From Nitrospirales bacterium (GTDB lineage: Bacteria > Nitrospirota > Nitrospiria > Nitrospirales > UBA8639): DNA of 64,000 nucleotides. Below, piece by piece: positions 63,036 to 64,000 of this stretch. Positions within the stretch are counted from its first letter, which is position 1. Each line of letters begins with the position of its first letter. The DNA lies in contig CBDBCZ010000019.1 in NCBI GenBank assembly GCA_965203295.1, positions 704,001 to 768,000 on the forward strand, written 5' to 3'. The position numbers and the translations under genes were made by a program. The notes beneath the pieces were generated by a model. That model did no database searches. It saw only the letters and a program-made list of their open reading frames with translations, and had not been told where the DNA came from.

Positions 63036-64000
63036 TTATTTCGGAGCGGTCACCTCGTCTTGGGCCACATGGCCTCTCATCGATTTGTCGGTAATGTTGT
63101 TTTGAATCTCCAAGGCAATAACGCGAGCGAGTTGATCAGCTGATAGCGCACTCATGGGCAATCCATTTGCTAATGAATAAAACGGATCCTCCGGAACCGC
63201 CGTCCGATGATAATTCACCAATATCTTGGCGGGTTGAATCAATCGGCCATTTTCCCCCACAATCACGGCTTTGTCTTTTGGTAACACCCGAGTCCGAGTG
63301 GCCCAATCCCGCTCTTCTATCTTGGCGAACGATACGTTCCAGATTTTTCCATTTAACAGACTTCGGATCGCTTTCGGTGTCTGTTCGTGAAAAGAGGGAT
63401 TACGGACGATCAATTGCAGCGCTTCTCGAACTCGAATGTCGTACAGTTTGGTCGTTGAATCTGGTTGCGTCGGCTGTGCCAGCGTTGTTGATCCGAGTTC
63501 ATAAGACGGCTGACTCTTGAGGCTCTTATAGTCATCCACTGTCGTCAGATACGTTTGAAACAAGGCTTGCAGGGCTTGTTCACGCTCATCCCCTGACATG
63601 GCCAGAATTTCTTTGTTCGTTTTAATTGGGGCGTTTTTGAGATCTCTTTGGACAAGGGCCATTTTGCGTTTTGGGGTCGTGGATGCCTTAATGAGCACCC
63701 ATTGGAACTTCCTTGCCAGAACTGGTACCAGTTTCTTGGGTTGATTGAGATATCCCTTATCGTGTAGTGCTGATGCACTAATCAACAGTTTGACCTGGCC
63801 TTGGTGTTTGGTTCGGGCGACTAAGAAATTAAATTCTTTCCCCTCCCGGTTTAACACTTTGGGTTCAATGATGACTTTTCGAAGCACACCCTTTGTCATG
63901 GCCTCATCGAATCTCTTGTATTCAGTCCGATTCTGAACCATAAACGCAATGCATCGACAACCGTATGGACAGCTTCATTGGCTTGCGTCTGACTTATTCG
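63036..64000 (-). pseudogene. Hypothetical protein entering from window edge, probable frameshift near 63948
   Basis: Edge frame RISQTQANEAVHTVVDAL is offset by one base from AFMVQNRTEY; the ORF's own frame has an upstream TGA. Confidence 0.5.

Overview
Bacterial chromosomal window, most likely from a Nitrospirales/Nitrospirota genome (inferred from gene order such as trmFO-xerC-hslVU-argB and the ccm cluster, not confirmed). Apparently intact core functions: Aas-type MFS/acyltransferase/acyl-ACP synthetase, NTase-like/TPM/LemA/bactofilin, a cytochrome c maturation System I cluster with TlpA and CcdA, HpnN/HpnM/MlaA lipid transport, argB, hslUV, xerC, trmFO, cysQ, a YhaO/YhaN (Mre11/Rad50-like) pair, wcaJ-type transferase, TerC, GH19, SixA, NnrS and DUF1015. 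About 15 accessory loci are broken by nonsense codons, frameshifts, short tandem duplications or deletions, which suggests ongoing genome decay. The most unusual signal is a ~200 bp structured repeat in four copies. Its stems covary between copies and several loops are GNA triloops. Two copies, in inverted orientation, bracket a lone PIN-domain gene that has an attC-like boundary. Other notable items are a heme-less CcmE paralogue with a CcmD-like tail, and an unannotated Fic-antitoxin-like small ORF convergent on a dead fic gene. No rRNA, tRNA or CRISPR array was seen.
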